From contig JALNYZ010000009.1 in assembly GCA_023229575.1 (NCBI GenBank), forward strand, positions 69,581 through 133,580: DNA of 64,000 bases, written 5' to 3'. Of this stretch, positions 1-9,504 are shown one piece after another (position 1 is the first letter of the stretch; every line of letters starts with the position of its first letter). The position numbers were made by a program, and so were the translations under genes. The notes under the pieces were generated by a model. It was given only the letters and a program-made list of their open reading frames with translations. It ran no database searches and was not told the origin of the DNA. The DNA is from Prolixibacteraceae bacterium. GTDB lineage: Bacteria; Bacteroidota; Bacteroidia; Bacteroidales; Prolixibacteraceae.

Positions 1-1
1 A

Positions 2-1672
2 CTGGGGATACTCTTTTCACAGTGCAAATTCATCGATCCTGAAGAGTTTACCTTAAGATCGGCCGATCAGGTGAAAAGAAATTTTGCAAATCTTGGCGCG
101 TTACGCGTTGCACCATTTAGTCATCTGCCAACAGGGTACAATACCATTGGAAATTCATGGCTGGCATCGGCATCCGATGAAGCTGAAGAGGTATTGGTAA
201 CCGAGTCGATCCAGAACTTCAACATCGGTAACTGGAACCAATATTCCAATCCGGATAACGTGTGGGCAAAAAATTACCAGGGAATCAGGAAAGCCAATGA
301 TTTTTCACAAATGGCAGATACCATTACCTGGTATGAATGGAAATTGAGCAATCCTACTGCCTACAACGATCGTGTTTTTAGGACCAATTTGTGGAAGAAT
401 GAGATGTTTTTCCTGCGTGGATTCTTCTACTTCGAACTAATAAAACGATATGGCGGGGTTCCTTTAATTAAGGAAAAATTGAACATGGCGCGACTGGATT
501 CTATTGCCTCGATCAAAAGAAGCAGTTTTTCAGATTGCGTTGAATATATTGTTACCCAGTGCGACACTGCTGCAAAAAATTTACCGGTCACCCAGGTTGC
601 TGCCGATTATGGCGAAATAACCAAAGGAGCGGCCCTGGCCTTAAAAGCGCGTACTTTGCTTTACGCGGCAAGCGACCTTTTTAACAAATCAGGAAATTCA
701 AATCCTGTTCTGGGCTATACGGATGGCAACCGTCAACAACGGTGGATCAGGGCAGCAGAAGCCTGCAAGGCAGTGCTCGATATGGCCCCTTCAACCTATG
801 CGTTGCATACAAATTATGGAGCATTGTTCTTGCTTGGATCGGCCTTTAACAAAGAGGTGATTTTTGAATGCCGGAGGGGTGCCCTGAATTCGTTTGAAGC
901 AGCCAATTACTCCATTGGGTTTAATGGAGGAAGAACAGGGACCTGCCCATCGCAAAACCTGGTTGATGCTTACGAAATGAAAGACGGTACTGCATTTAGC
1001 TGGTCTAATCCTGCCCAGGCCGCAGATCCTTATTTGAACCGCGATCCCCGTCTGGCATTGACCGTTGTGCTTAACAATGCAACTTTCAATGGACGGAAAA
1101 TTGAGTTATGGGAAGGTGGTAAGGATGGGTTGCCGCTCGACCGCGCTTCAAAAACCGGGTATTATCTGAGCAAATATGTGGTTCAAAATTTGGACCTCAC
1201 AAAGAATCAGACATCTTATCACCAATGGCTTAATTTCCGTTTGGCCGAGATGTACCTGAATTATGCCGAAGCCATGAACGAGGCGTTTGGACCCGACAAT
1301 AAAAGCATTTATACACTAACAGCACGTGAAGCGGTTAACCTGGTCCGTGCACGGGCCGGAGTGGTAATGCCCGCCTTTCCATTGGGTATGGCAGCGGACC
1401 AATTCAGGACCCGCCTTCGGAATGAAAGAAGGGTTGAATTAGCATTTGAAGATCACCGGTACTGGGATGTCAGACGTTGGGGCATTGGTTCCTCTGTCTT
1501 GGGAGGCGATATCAAGGGCGTAAAAATTGCCATGGTGGATCCTACCCACTTTACCTATACCCCATACCTGATTGAGACACGCACTTACAATTCTAAAATG
1601 GATCTATATCCAATACCTGAAGATGAGGTAGTAAAATCCAAGGGGAATTTAGCCCAAAACCCCGGTTGGTAG
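2..1672 (+). CDS. SusD/RagB-family outer-membrane nutrient-binding protein, 5' end outside the window
   Basis: The frame is open from nt 2, with no stop before the GTG listed at 71, so the gene starts upstream of the window. SusD-type C-terminal motifs are present: LAEMYLNYAEAMNE, RNERRVELAFEDHRYWDVRRW, and an ending in ...AQNPGW. Confidence 0.85.
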   Translation: MGILFSQCKFIDPEEFTLRSADQVKRNFANLGALRVAPFSHLPTGYNTIGNSWLASASDEAEEVLVTESIQNFNIGNWNQYSNPDNVWAKNYQGIRKANDFSQMADTITWYEWKLSNPTAYNDRVFRTNLWKNEMFFLRGFFYFELIKRYGGVPLIKEKLNMARLDSIASIKRSSFSDCVEYIVTQCDTAAKNLPVTQVAADYGEITKGAALALKARTLLYAASDLFNKSGNSNPVLGYTDGNRQQRWIRAAEACKAVLDMAPSTYALHTNYGALFLLGSAFNKEVIFECRRGALNSFEAANYSIGFNGGRTGTCPSQNLVDAYEMKDGTAFSWSNPAQAADPYLNRDPRLALTVVLNNATFNGRKIELWEGGKDGLPLDRASKTGYYLSKYVVQNLDLTKNQTSYHQWLNFRLAEMYLNYAEAMNEAFGPDNKSIYTLTAREAVNLVRARAGVVMPAFPLGMAADQFRTRLRNERRVELAFEDHRYWDVRRWGIGSSVLGGDIKGVKIAMVDPTHFTYTPYLIETRTYNSKMDLYPIPEDEVVKSKGNLAQNPGW

Positions 1673-1701
1673 TTTATTCGTTTATTTTGATTGGTTGATG
1701 G

Positions 1702-1735
1702 TGAGTGGCCCGAATTTGGGCCACTCATCTTTTAA
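1702..1735 (+). terminator. Rho-independent terminator after the SusD gene
   Basis: 10-bp stem TGAGTGGCCC / GGGCCACTCA with a 6-nt loop, followed by TCTTTT. It begins 30 nt after the stop at 1672. Confidence 0.6.
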
Positions 1736-1791
1736 AAATAAGATCAATTAATTACAGATTGATTTTATACAGTCACTGATTCATCTGACTG

Positions 1792-1799
1792 TATCTTTG
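1792..1799 (+). promoter_or_regulatory. Candidate Bacteroidetes sigma-A -7 box
   Basis: TATCTTTG fits the TAnnTTTG consensus. It lies about 65 nt upstream of the ATG at 1866 and downstream of a terminator. Confidence 0.35.
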
Positions 1800-1865
1800 C
1801 ATATTGTTTAAAGTTATATCTCCGATAAACAGGTATTATGAATATAATTTATCTAAACAAAATTT

Positions 1866-3413
1866 ATGATAAAAATGAAAGGTCTTAAACTCGTACTAAT
1901 TTTAGCCATTACATCGGTTGTCTCATTTGCCGGCTGCAAAAAGAAAGATACGGGGCCAATAACAAATGCGTTGAAGATAACGGCCGCTAACGGAACGGTA
2001 GTAAAAAATCCGAACCAGGAAGTTTATGAAAACGGAGCCCATGTTCAGTTGACTGCAACCGCAAATGCAAATTATACATTTTCCTCGTGGGGAGGAGATG
2101 CCGCAGGTACTGCAAATCCATTGACAATAACGATGGATGCGAACAAAAATATCGTAGCTAACTTCACGGTAAAAGTTGACACATACAGTTTAATGGTGAC
2201 TGCAACCAATGGAACCGTAGCAAAAAAACAGGATTTAGCTGTTTACAACAGTGGGACTTCCGTTCAGTTATCAGCGATTCCTAATTCCGGATATACATTT
2301 ACATCATGGAGTGGCGATGCCACGGGGAACGCTAATCCATTGACAATTTCGGTGAACGCAAATAAAAATATCGTCGCCAACTTTGCTGCAATACCTCATA
2401 ATCTGGATGTGAGGAGCAAAGGGGCCAAAGGCGACGGTGTTACCGATGATACGGCAGCCCTTCAGGCAGCCGTAGACCAGATAGGAGGGACCAACGATAC
2501 CGTATTTGTTTCAAATGGTACGTATATGATCCATCCATCTGTACATCTTAATTTAAAAAGCAACATGACCCTAAAAATGGCGAATGGCGCTGTACTCAAA
2601 GCAATTCCGGTATCCTCTGACGGTTATGCTGTTGTGAATTTAAGTAATATTCAAAACGTTACTATCATTGGTGGTAAGGTGGAAGGAGAAAGAGGTGGTC
2701 ATACAGGCGCCGCTGTTGCTGGTGATGGACATGGTCATGGCTTTACCATTTTGGGAACTGACAATATCATGGTAAAGGATTTAACCGTAAAAAACTGCTG
2801 GGGTGATGGTATCTATGTTGGAAAAGGAACGGTCATGACCAAGAATGTGACCATTGACAATGTCATATCGGACAATAACCGCCGACAAGGTATGTCTGTC
2901 GTAATGGTGGATGGTATGGTCGTGAAAAATTCAGTATTTAAAAATACCAATGGAACAGACCCTCAGGCCGGCATTGATCTTGAACCAAACCTTGGGAATA
3001 CGGTTAATAATGTCAAGATCCTCAACTGTCAGGTAATCGACAATGCCCATGCCGGAATCGTATTATGGGTATCCTCGGGTTTTACAAATACTTATGTAAC
3101 AAATGTGACAATAGATGGATGTACGGTTGACCGTAATATGCAGTCAGCGGGCATCGTTGCAGTGACTCGATCCCCAACCAATATTACCAACAATAAAGTC
3201 AGGAACAATGCCCATTATGGGTTGGTCATTGAGTCATCAAATGGCGCCATTACAGGCAACACCATTACCGACAATGGGAGGTGGGGTATCGAACTGCGTG
3301 CAGTGGCGCACGGTAACAATGTTACGGGCAATACCGTTTTACGCAATGTTTCAGGTCAGATCGTAGACAGGACATCCGGCAATAATACCATTGTTCCTAA
3401 CACAACAAACTAA
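1866..3413 (+). CDS. Surface lipoprotein: two divergent InlB B-repeat-like domains plus a pectate-lyase-fold beta-helix (putative endo-glycanase or lyase)
   Basis: Lipobox ...VVSFAGC. Two tandem units of about 70 aa follow the pattern NGTV..P....Y..G..VQL.A.P..GYTF.SW.GDA.G..NPLT.....NKNIVANF. Next comes GAKGDGVTDDTAALQAAV (pectate_lyase_3-type start) and repeated beta-helix rungs including DNNRRQGMSV and GIDLEPN. A paralogue lies at 45429-46952. The gene call is firm; the activity is unknown. Confidence 0.7.
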   Translation: MIKMKGLKLVLILAITSVVSFAGCKKKDTGPITNALKITAANGTVVKNPNQEVYENGAHVQLTATANANYTFSSWGGDAAGTANPLTITMDANKNIVANFTVKVDTYSLMVTATNGTVAKKQDLAVYNSGTSVQLSAIPNSGYTFTSWSGDATGNANPLTISVNANKNIVANFAAIPHNLDVRSKGAKGDGVTDDTAALQAAVDQIGGTNDTVFVSNGTYMIHPSVHLNLKSNMTLKMANGAVLKAIPVSSDGYAVVNLSNIQNVTIIGGKVEGERGGHTGAAVAGDGHGHGFTILGTDNIMVKDLTVKNCWGDGIYVGKGTVMTKNVTIDNVISDNNRRQGMSVVMVDGMVVKNSVFKNTNGTDPQAGIDLEPNLGNTVNNVKILNCQVIDNAHAGIVLWVSSGFTNTYVTNVTIDGCTVDRNMQSAGIVAVTRSPTNITNNKVRNNAHYGLVIESSNGAITGNTITDNGRWGIELRAVAHGNNVTGNTVLRNVSGQIVDRTSGNNTIVPNTTN

Positions 3414-3423
3414 AAATCCGTTT

Positions 3424-3656
3424 AAAATTATTACACAGAGAAATTACTAGTTTTGAATGAAACTAAAAATAGCTTTAAAATTGTTGCCTGATCATCAAAA
3501 CACTTGAGGAATCCCCGAGTGCACAGAGAGAAAAATCGCAAGCGATTTTTAAACTCAGCGAACTCAGTATTTTCTCTAAAATTTATCTAAAGACAAACAT
3601 ATCTATACTCGCTAAATTCTCAATTATTTGAAAATTATTCTCTGTGTTATTAATTA
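3424..3656. repeat. MITE/REP-like intergenic element bounded by imperfect inverted repeats
   Basis: AATTATTACACAGAGAA (3426-3442) faces TTCTCTGTGTTATTAATT (3639-3656), with 2 mismatches in 17. Inside are an AAAAATCGC/GCGATTTTT hairpin and CACAGAG / CTCAGCGAACTCAG motifs. There is no ORF. Confidence 0.35.
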
Positions 3657-3680
3657 AAACAGTCTCTAAATATAACTGAT

Positions 3681-5297
3681 ATGGCAAATAAAATTTTAAC
3701 TCTATTTGTAATTATACTATTAGTTACTAATTTGTCTTATGCCCAAACCCGGAATCCATCAGCAAAAATTACCCTTGAAAAAGGAGAGAAAGTATGGGCA
3801 GGGGTTATCAATGACGGTCACCTAATGCCCTTTCAGGAAAATTATGTAATGGATTTTGCCGAGGACAATAAATACAACCAGCTTCAACCGCTGATTCTTA
3901 CCAGCAAAGGCCAATACGTATGGGGCAGCGAGCCCTTCAAATTCGATGTGGGGAACAACGAAGTCGTTATCACAGATCCGAATAATTCTGTAATTACTGG
4001 CAGATCAGGGACAACACTAACAGAAGTGCGGCGGTTTGTTTCAAAGAAATATTTTCCTGCCAGCGGGATGCTTCCTGATACCATGTTATTTGCTGCACCA
4101 CAGTACAATACATGGATAGAACTTAATTACCACCAGAGTCAGGAGTCTGTTTTGAAATATGCCAGGGCAATTATTGCCAACGGATTACCTGCCGGTGTTC
4201 TAATGCTGGATGATTCCTGGCAGGAAGATTATGGTTTCTGGGATTTCCATCCCCGACGATTTCCAAATCCCAAGGAGATGGTGGATCAATTGCATAAAAT
4301 GGGATTTAAGGTGATGGTTTGGATCTGTCCATTCGTTAGTCCTGACCAGACACTAATTTACAACCAGTTGAGCAGGGAGAAGGCATTTTTATTGGAGAAG
4401 ACCAAACCAACAGATACCTGGGAATCAGTAACAAATCCTATTATGATCCGCTGGTGGGATGGTGTGTCAGCAGAACTCGATTTCTCGAACCCCGCTGCAA
4501 TAAAATGGTTTAACAGTCAATTGGACAGGCTGCAAAAAGATTACAATATTGATGGATTCAAATTTGATTGCGGCGACATGCTTTTTTATCCGCCAAATGC
4601 ATTGAGCATGGGAAATGTTACACCAAACCGGCATAGCGAATTATATGCCCAATTTGGATTGCGTTTTCCGTTGAATGAATATCGGGCCTGTTGGAAAATG
4701 GGCGGCCAACCGCTTGGTCAACGACTAACTGATAAAAGACATACATGGGAAGACCTTCAGAAACTCATCCCCAATATGATCGTTGAAGGACTTTCAGGCT
4801 ATACTTTTTCCTGTCCTGACCTGATTGGAGGGGGCCTCCTCTCTTCATTTGCAAATCCTGACTCGATCCGTCAGGACCTGATTGTACGATCAGCCCAATG
4901 CCATGCTTTGATGCCAATGATGCAATTTTCCGTTGCTCCCTGGAGGATATTGGATTCGCAGCACCTTGCGGCTGTAAAAAAGTGCGTGGAAACAAGGATG
5001 AAATTTACACCTTTGATAATGAAGTTGATTCGGGAATCGGCAAAATCAGGCGATCCAATCCTGAGAAACATGGAATTTGTCTTCCCTAATCAAGGCTATG
5101 AATCTGTAACAGATCAATTTATGATGGGCGATAACTTGCTGGTCGCACCGGTAGTTCAGCCGGGGACAAATGGAAGGAACGTTATTCTCCCCAAAGGAAC
5201 ATGGAAATCAGACGACGGGAAAGAATATAAAGGCGGAAAGTCGATTTTTATTAATGCCCCTTTGGAGAGACTTCCCTATTTTGAAAAGGTTAAATAA
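3681..5297 (+). CDS. Clan GH-D alpha-glycosidase, GH31-like (MYORG/alpha-galactosidase-type subgroup), secreted
   Basis: Signal peptide ending ...LSYAQ. Motifs PQYNTWIEL, LDDSWQEDYG, KVMVWICPFVSPD and IDGFKFDCGD (nucleophile-region pattern). Alignable over its full length with the paralogue at 49321-50892. Confidence 0.6.
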   Translation: MANKILTLFVIILLVTNLSYAQTRNPSAKITLEKGEKVWAGVINDGHLMPFQENYVMDFAEDNKYNQLQPLILTSKGQYVWGSEPFKFDVGNNEVVITDPNNSVITGRSGTTLTEVRRFVSKKYFPASGMLPDTMLFAAPQYNTWIELNYHQSQESVLKYARAIIANGLPAGVLMLDDSWQEDYGFWDFHPRRFPNPKEMVDQLHKMGFKVMVWICPFVSPDQTLIYNQLSREKAFLLEKTKPTDTWESVTNPIMIRWWDGVSAELDFSNPAAIKWFNSQLDRLQKDYNIDGFKFDCGDMLFYPPNALSMGNVTPNRHSELYAQFGLRFPLNEYRACWKMGGQPLGQRLTDKRHTWEDLQKLIPNMIVEGLSGYTFSCPDLIGGGLLSSFANPDSIRQDLIVRSAQCHALMPMMQFSVAPWRILDSQHLAAVKKCVETRMKFTPLIMKLIRESAKSGDPILRNMEFVFPNQGYESVTDQFMMGDNLLVAPVVQPGTNGRNVILPKGTWKSDDGKEYKGGKSIFINAPLERLPYFEKVK

Positions 5298-5308
5298 AAC
5301 AGATAGTA

Positions 5309-6916
5309 ATGAAGTTAATATTTTTGGTTCCCTTTCTGATTATTTCGCTGTGTGCGATGAAGGGGCCTTTAACAGCCGGTGAGGCTCCCAAAGGGATCCT
5401 GATTATCCCGATGCCTGGTGAGATTACCGTTCTCAACGGGACCTTTGTGATGAACGGTAAAACATCCATACAAGCCGGTCAGGACATACTTGTAAAGGCA
5501 GAACAATTACGGGCCTATCTTTCACCGGCTTCTGGTTACATGCTCCCGATTAATAAGATTATCTCCGGAGAAAATTTAATCGAACTTAAACTATCGAATG
5601 AACTATCATCCCTTGGAGAGGAGGGCTACAAACTGAATATAACCAATCAAAAGGTACTGATCACTGCTTATAAAATAACGGGGATATTTTGGGGTATTCA
5701 AACATTACGACAACTTTTCCCCAATGAAATATTGAGAGAGGCTGAAGTTGCTGGGGTTACATGGATGATTCCCTGTGTAAACATAGTTGACAAACCAAGG
5801 TTCAAGTGGAGAGGTTTGATGATTGACTACAGCCGAACTTTCTGGAATACACGTCATACCAAAAAGTACATAGATGCAATGGCATTCTACAAAATGAATA
5901 GACTGCATATGCACCTTACCGATGACCAGGGGTGGCGCCTTCAGATTGACAAGTACCCTGAATTGACCGCAAAAGCTTCGAAATTTGATACCATATATCA
6001 TGAGCCGAAGGAAAGGGAAGGGTTTTATTCAAAGGACGATATCCGCGAACTTGTGCGATACGCAGCGGCAAAAAATATAGAGATCATTCCTGAGATCGAA
6101 ATGCCCGGCCACACCTCAGAAGTACTTTCCGTATTTCCCGGATTATCTTGTACGGGTGAACTTGTGTCAATTCATCCCAACGGGAAAGGAAAGGTTAATG
6201 CAAAGGAGTTTTGTGCAGGGAAAGAGGAAACATTTACGCTCCTTCAAAATGTGCTTTCTGAGGTAATTGAGCTTTTCCCTTCAAAGTACGTACACATCGG
6301 TGGGGACGAATGTGACAAAGCTAGATGGGAAAAATGCCCTTTCGACCAGAAAAGGATCAAAGATGAAGGATTGAAGGATGAGAACGAACTGCAAAGTTGG
6401 TTTGTAAGACGGATAGAAAAATTCATAAACAGCAAAGGCAAGAAACTAATTGGATGGGACGAGATTTCGCAGGGAGGGCTTAGTAAATCTGCTACCGTGA
6501 TGTTTTGGCGGGGCGGAAAGGAAAAAATTGTTTTGGATGCTGTCAATCAAGGAAATGATGTGATAATGACCCCTACTTCCCATTTGTATTTTGATTACCC
6601 GTACGGTGGAAAATATACAGATTATCCGTACAATGGAATATCAACAGAGAGGGTTTACGCTTACGAACCTTGTTCCGGCATACTTAAAAATGTTAACCCG
6701 GAACACATTTTAGGGGTTCAGGCCAATTTTTGGTCCCATATTGACAGGACGGAGCCACGGATGGACCGGCAGATTTTCCCGCGCTTACTGTCGTTGGCTG
6801 AGGTCGGCTGGACGGAAAGCAAAAACAGGAACTGGGATAATTTCAGTTTAAGGCTTAAACATCAGTATAAATCATTGGATTTTTTGAATATTTATTATAT
6901 GGACACCAATAATTAG
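5309..6916 (+). CDS. GH20 beta-N-acetylhexosaminidase
   Basis: Signal peptide. Hallmark motifs RGLMIDYSRTF, HMHLTDDQGWRLQIDKYPELT and HIGGDEC (catalytic D-E pair). Confidence 0.9.
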   Translation: MKLIFLVPFLIISLCAMKGPLTAGEAPKGILIIPMPGEITVLNGTFVMNGKTSIQAGQDILVKAEQLRAYLSPASGYMLPINKIISGENLIELKLSNELSSLGEEGYKLNITNQKVLITAYKITGIFWGIQTLRQLFPNEILREAEVAGVTWMIPCVNIVDKPRFKWRGLMIDYSRTFWNTRHTKKYIDAMAFYKMNRLHMHLTDDQGWRLQIDKYPELTAKASKFDTIYHEPKEREGFYSKDDIRELVRYAAAKNIEIIPEIEMPGHTSEVLSVFPGLSCTGELVSIHPNGKGKVNAKEFCAGKEETFTLLQNVLSEVIELFPSKYVHIGGDECDKARWEKCPFDQKRIKDEGLKDENELQSWFVRRIEKFINSKGKKLIGWDEISQGGLSKSATVMFWRGGKEKIVLDAVNQGNDVIMTPTSHLYFDYPYGGKYTDYPYNGISTERVYAYEPCSGILKNVNPEHILGVQANFWSHIDRTEPRMDRQIFPRLLSLAEVGWTESKNRNWDNFSLRLKHQYKSLDFLNIYYMDTNN

Positions 6917-6920
6917 CAGA

Positions 6921-8273
6921 ATGAACAAAGTCCTTTTAAAATGCACTTTTGCCGTGGCGCTGGGCGGTTTGCTGTTTGGCTACGATACGGTTATCATCAA
7001 CGGCGCCATGATGGACCTGGTAAAGTATTTTCGGTTAACCCCCCAAATGCAGGGATGGACCGTCAGTTCGGCTTTGGTAGGGTGCATCCTGGGTACCATG
7101 CTGATCGGCAAAATAGGTGACAGGTACGGTGCAAAGCTGATGCTTCAAATATCGGCGATCATGTTTTTTGCCTCTTCGGTGGGATGCGGTATTGCTACAG
7201 ACATCAGCATCTTCATTCTGTTCCGGTTTATCGGCGGTTTGGCCATTGGCGCATCTTCAGTGCTTTGTACTACCTACATTGCCGAAATCTCGCCTCCCAA
7301 ACACAGGGGATTATTGGCCGGTACTTTTCAATTGGCCATTGTAGTCGGGATTTTGTTGTCGCTGATTTCCAATTATTTATTGCTCAATATTGGCGAACAG
7401 AACTGGCGCTGGATGCTTTACAGCGGTGCTGTTCCCGCGGTAGCCTTTTACCTGATGCTTTTGATTATCAGGAATAGTCCGCGATGGTTGGTAAAAAAGG
7501 GGCGGATTGGGGAGGCCGGGAAAAATATTGAAGATTTATCCTCCCACGAGATTGATTCGGACCAAACGATTCTCGAAATCCAGGAATCTATCCGGAATGA
7601 AAAAATTGGCGAAAGGATTAACCTGTTCAAAAGGCCATTCCGCAAAATAATCCTTATTGGGATATTTGTTGGCATTTTTAACCAGCTGACTGGTATCGGG
7701 GTGGTATTTTATTATTCTGCCCAGATTTTCAGTATTGCCGGTTTTTCCAATGACTCCTCGATGGCGCAGAGTGTCATTTTGGGCCTGACAAATTTGGTGT
7801 TTACCCTCGTTGCCATGGCAATCATTGACAAAGTAGGAAGAAAGAAAATCCTGCTCTTTGGACAAATGGGGATGGTGTTAGTACTAGGCTTGTTTGGCTA
7901 CGGGCTGCTTACCGGGGATATCAGGGGATATTGGCTGGTTGCCTTGCTGGTGGCATACATCGCGTTCTTTGCTTCATCGCAGGGAGCTGTAGTATGGGTG
8001 TTGTTGTCCGAAATGTTCCCGAACATCATACGCGCAAGAGGCGCTTCTGTAGGCTCATTGGCGAATTGGATGATCAGTGCAGGGCTAAATTTTTTCTTTC
8101 CGGTGGTAATCGGATTTTTTGGGACAACCCAAGCCGCACAAAAGTTGGGGTTAAGTTATGCTTTTATCTTTTTGGCAGTGGTCTCCTTCGTTGGGTTTGT
8201 ATATTTAAAAAAATACATCATTGAGACCAAAGGGAAAACGCTCGAACAAATTGAAAAGGAAGTACTTTATTAA
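6921..8273 (+). CDS. MFS sugar porter (sugar:H+ symporter family)
   Basis: 12-TM-like hydrophobicity. Motifs GGLLFGYDT..ING, GDRYGAK, RNSPRWLVKKGR and GRKKILL. Confidence 0.85.
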   Translation: MNKVLLKCTFAVALGGLLFGYDTVIINGAMMDLVKYFRLTPQMQGWTVSSALVGCILGTMLIGKIGDRYGAKLMLQISAIMFFASSVGCGIATDISIFILFRFIGGLAIGASSVLCTTYIAEISPPKHRGLLAGTFQLAIVVGILLSLISNYLLLNIGEQNWRWMLYSGAVPAVAFYLMLLIIRNSPRWLVKKGRIGEAGKNIEDLSSHEIDSDQTILEIQESIRNEKIGERINLFKRPFRKIILIGIFVGIFNQLTGIGVVFYYSAQIFSIAGFSNDSSMAQSVILGLTNLVFTLVAMAIIDKVGRKKILLFGQMGMVLVLGLFGYGLLTGDIRGYWLVALLVAYIAFFASSQGAVVWVLLSEMFPNIIRARGASVGSLANWMISAGLNFFFPVVIGFFGTTQAAQKLGLSYAFIFLAVVSFVGFVYLKKYIIETKGKTLEQIEKEVLY

Positions 8274-8291
8274 ACGATTAAAGATATCGAC

Positions 8292-9314
8292 ATGAACGGC
8301 TACGAAAGAATATGTGCTGCACTAAAAGGCGAAAAGCCTGATAAAACCCCCATCATGCTCCATAATTTTATGCTGGCAGCCAGGGAGCATGGTATATCCA
8401 TGGAGCAATACCGCAACAGTCCAAAGGCTATCGCAGAAACATTTATTGCTGCAATGGACAAATATCAATACGATGGTATTCTTGTTGATATCGACACGGT
8501 CACCCTTGCCGGGGCGGTTGGTGTCCCGGTCGATTTTCCTGTTAATGACCCTGCGCGGTCACACATTGGCAATTTGGCAAACCTGGAAGATGTTGTTCAT
8601 CTGAAGCCGGTACGAGTGGAAGATTACAGGTACATTCAAATTTGGTTGGAGGCAGTCCGTCTTTTAAAAACGTATTACAAAGATGAAATTCATATTCGTG
8701 GAAACTGCGACCAATCCCCATTCTCGTTGGCAAGCATGATGAGGGGGCCACAAAACTGGATGCTGGATTTGATGATGGGGAGTGAAGGGCAAATTGATGC
8801 GTTACTTGAGTATTGTACGGATGCAGGTTCCCAATTTATCAAATTGATGGCCCAAACCGGCTGTGATATGGTTTCAAATGGCGATAGTCCGGCAGGCCCC
8901 GAAATGATTTCGCCTGAAATGTATTTAAAATACGCGATGCCTTATGAAAAGAGAATTGTTGAAGTTGCCCACAATGCGGGTATCGCGTATACATTGCACA
9001 TCTGTGGCAATACCGATGTTATCCTGGAATACATGCTATTGACCGGGGCCGATGCTTTTGAATTGGATTATAAAACAGACATTGGCAGGATATACCACAC
9101 ATTGCACAACACAAACACTTTCATTGGAAACATTGACCCAAGCGGTGTTTTGGCCATGGGAACTGAAGATTTGGTCAGGATAAAAACGATGGAGTTGTTG
9201 TCCGTCTATAAAGGTTCAAATCGTTTCATCCTGAATGCCGGTTGCGCAATTCCCCCGACTACACCTTCCGGGAACCTGAAAATGATGATTGAAACCGCGA
9301 GAAATTTCGGATAA
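8292..9314 (+). CDS. Uroporphyrinogen-decarboxylase (URO-D) fold family protein, cytoplasmic, function unknown
   Basis: 340 aa with no signal peptide. The N-terminus MNGYERICAALKGEKPDKTPIM is typical of URO-D/MtaA-CmuA-like proteins, and the size fits the family. Confidence 0.6.
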   Translation: MNGYERICAALKGEKPDKTPIMLHNFMLAAREHGISMEQYRNSPKAIAETFIAAMDKYQYDGILVDIDTVTLAGAVGVPVDFPVNDPARSHIGNLANLEDVVHLKPVRVEDYRYIQIWLEAVRLLKTYYKDEIHIRGNCDQSPFSLASMMRGPQNWMLDLMMGSEGQIDALLEYCTDAGSQFIKLMAQTGCDMVSNGDSPAGPEMISPEMYLKYAMPYEKRIVEVAHNAGIAYTLHICGNTDVILEYMLLTGADAFELDYKTDIGRIYHTLHNTNTFIGNIDPSGVLAMGTEDLVRIKTMELLSVYKGSNRFILNAGCAIPPTTPSGNLKMMIETARNFG

Positions 9315-9435
9315 AAAAATAAGGCTTACGAACATCCTAGAAGTCCCATAGGAATAAATGCTGGAATCGCAAATTTTCGGATGAATCTTAGAAAAATGCG
9401 CCCAGCCACATTTGTATTTCACAAAATCTTAATGC

Positions 9436-9443
9436 TACATTTG
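9436..9443 (+). promoter_or_regulatory. Candidate -7 box for the ECF sigma gene
   Basis: TACATTTG fits TAnnTTTG and lies about 60 nt upstream of the ATG at 9505. Confidence 0.35.
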
Positions 9444-9504
9444 TTAAGTCTAAATAATGATTAATGAAAGTTCATTATTTTTTAGGGAATTTAATTCGGG
9501 ATGA

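Noticed and set aside
1950-2390. Apparent tandem DNA repeat inside the lipoprotein gene, with a counterpart at about 45530-45950
   Set aside because: It reflects two copies of a protein domain (B-repeat) within an intact ORF. It is not a non-coding repeat or a CRISPR-like array.
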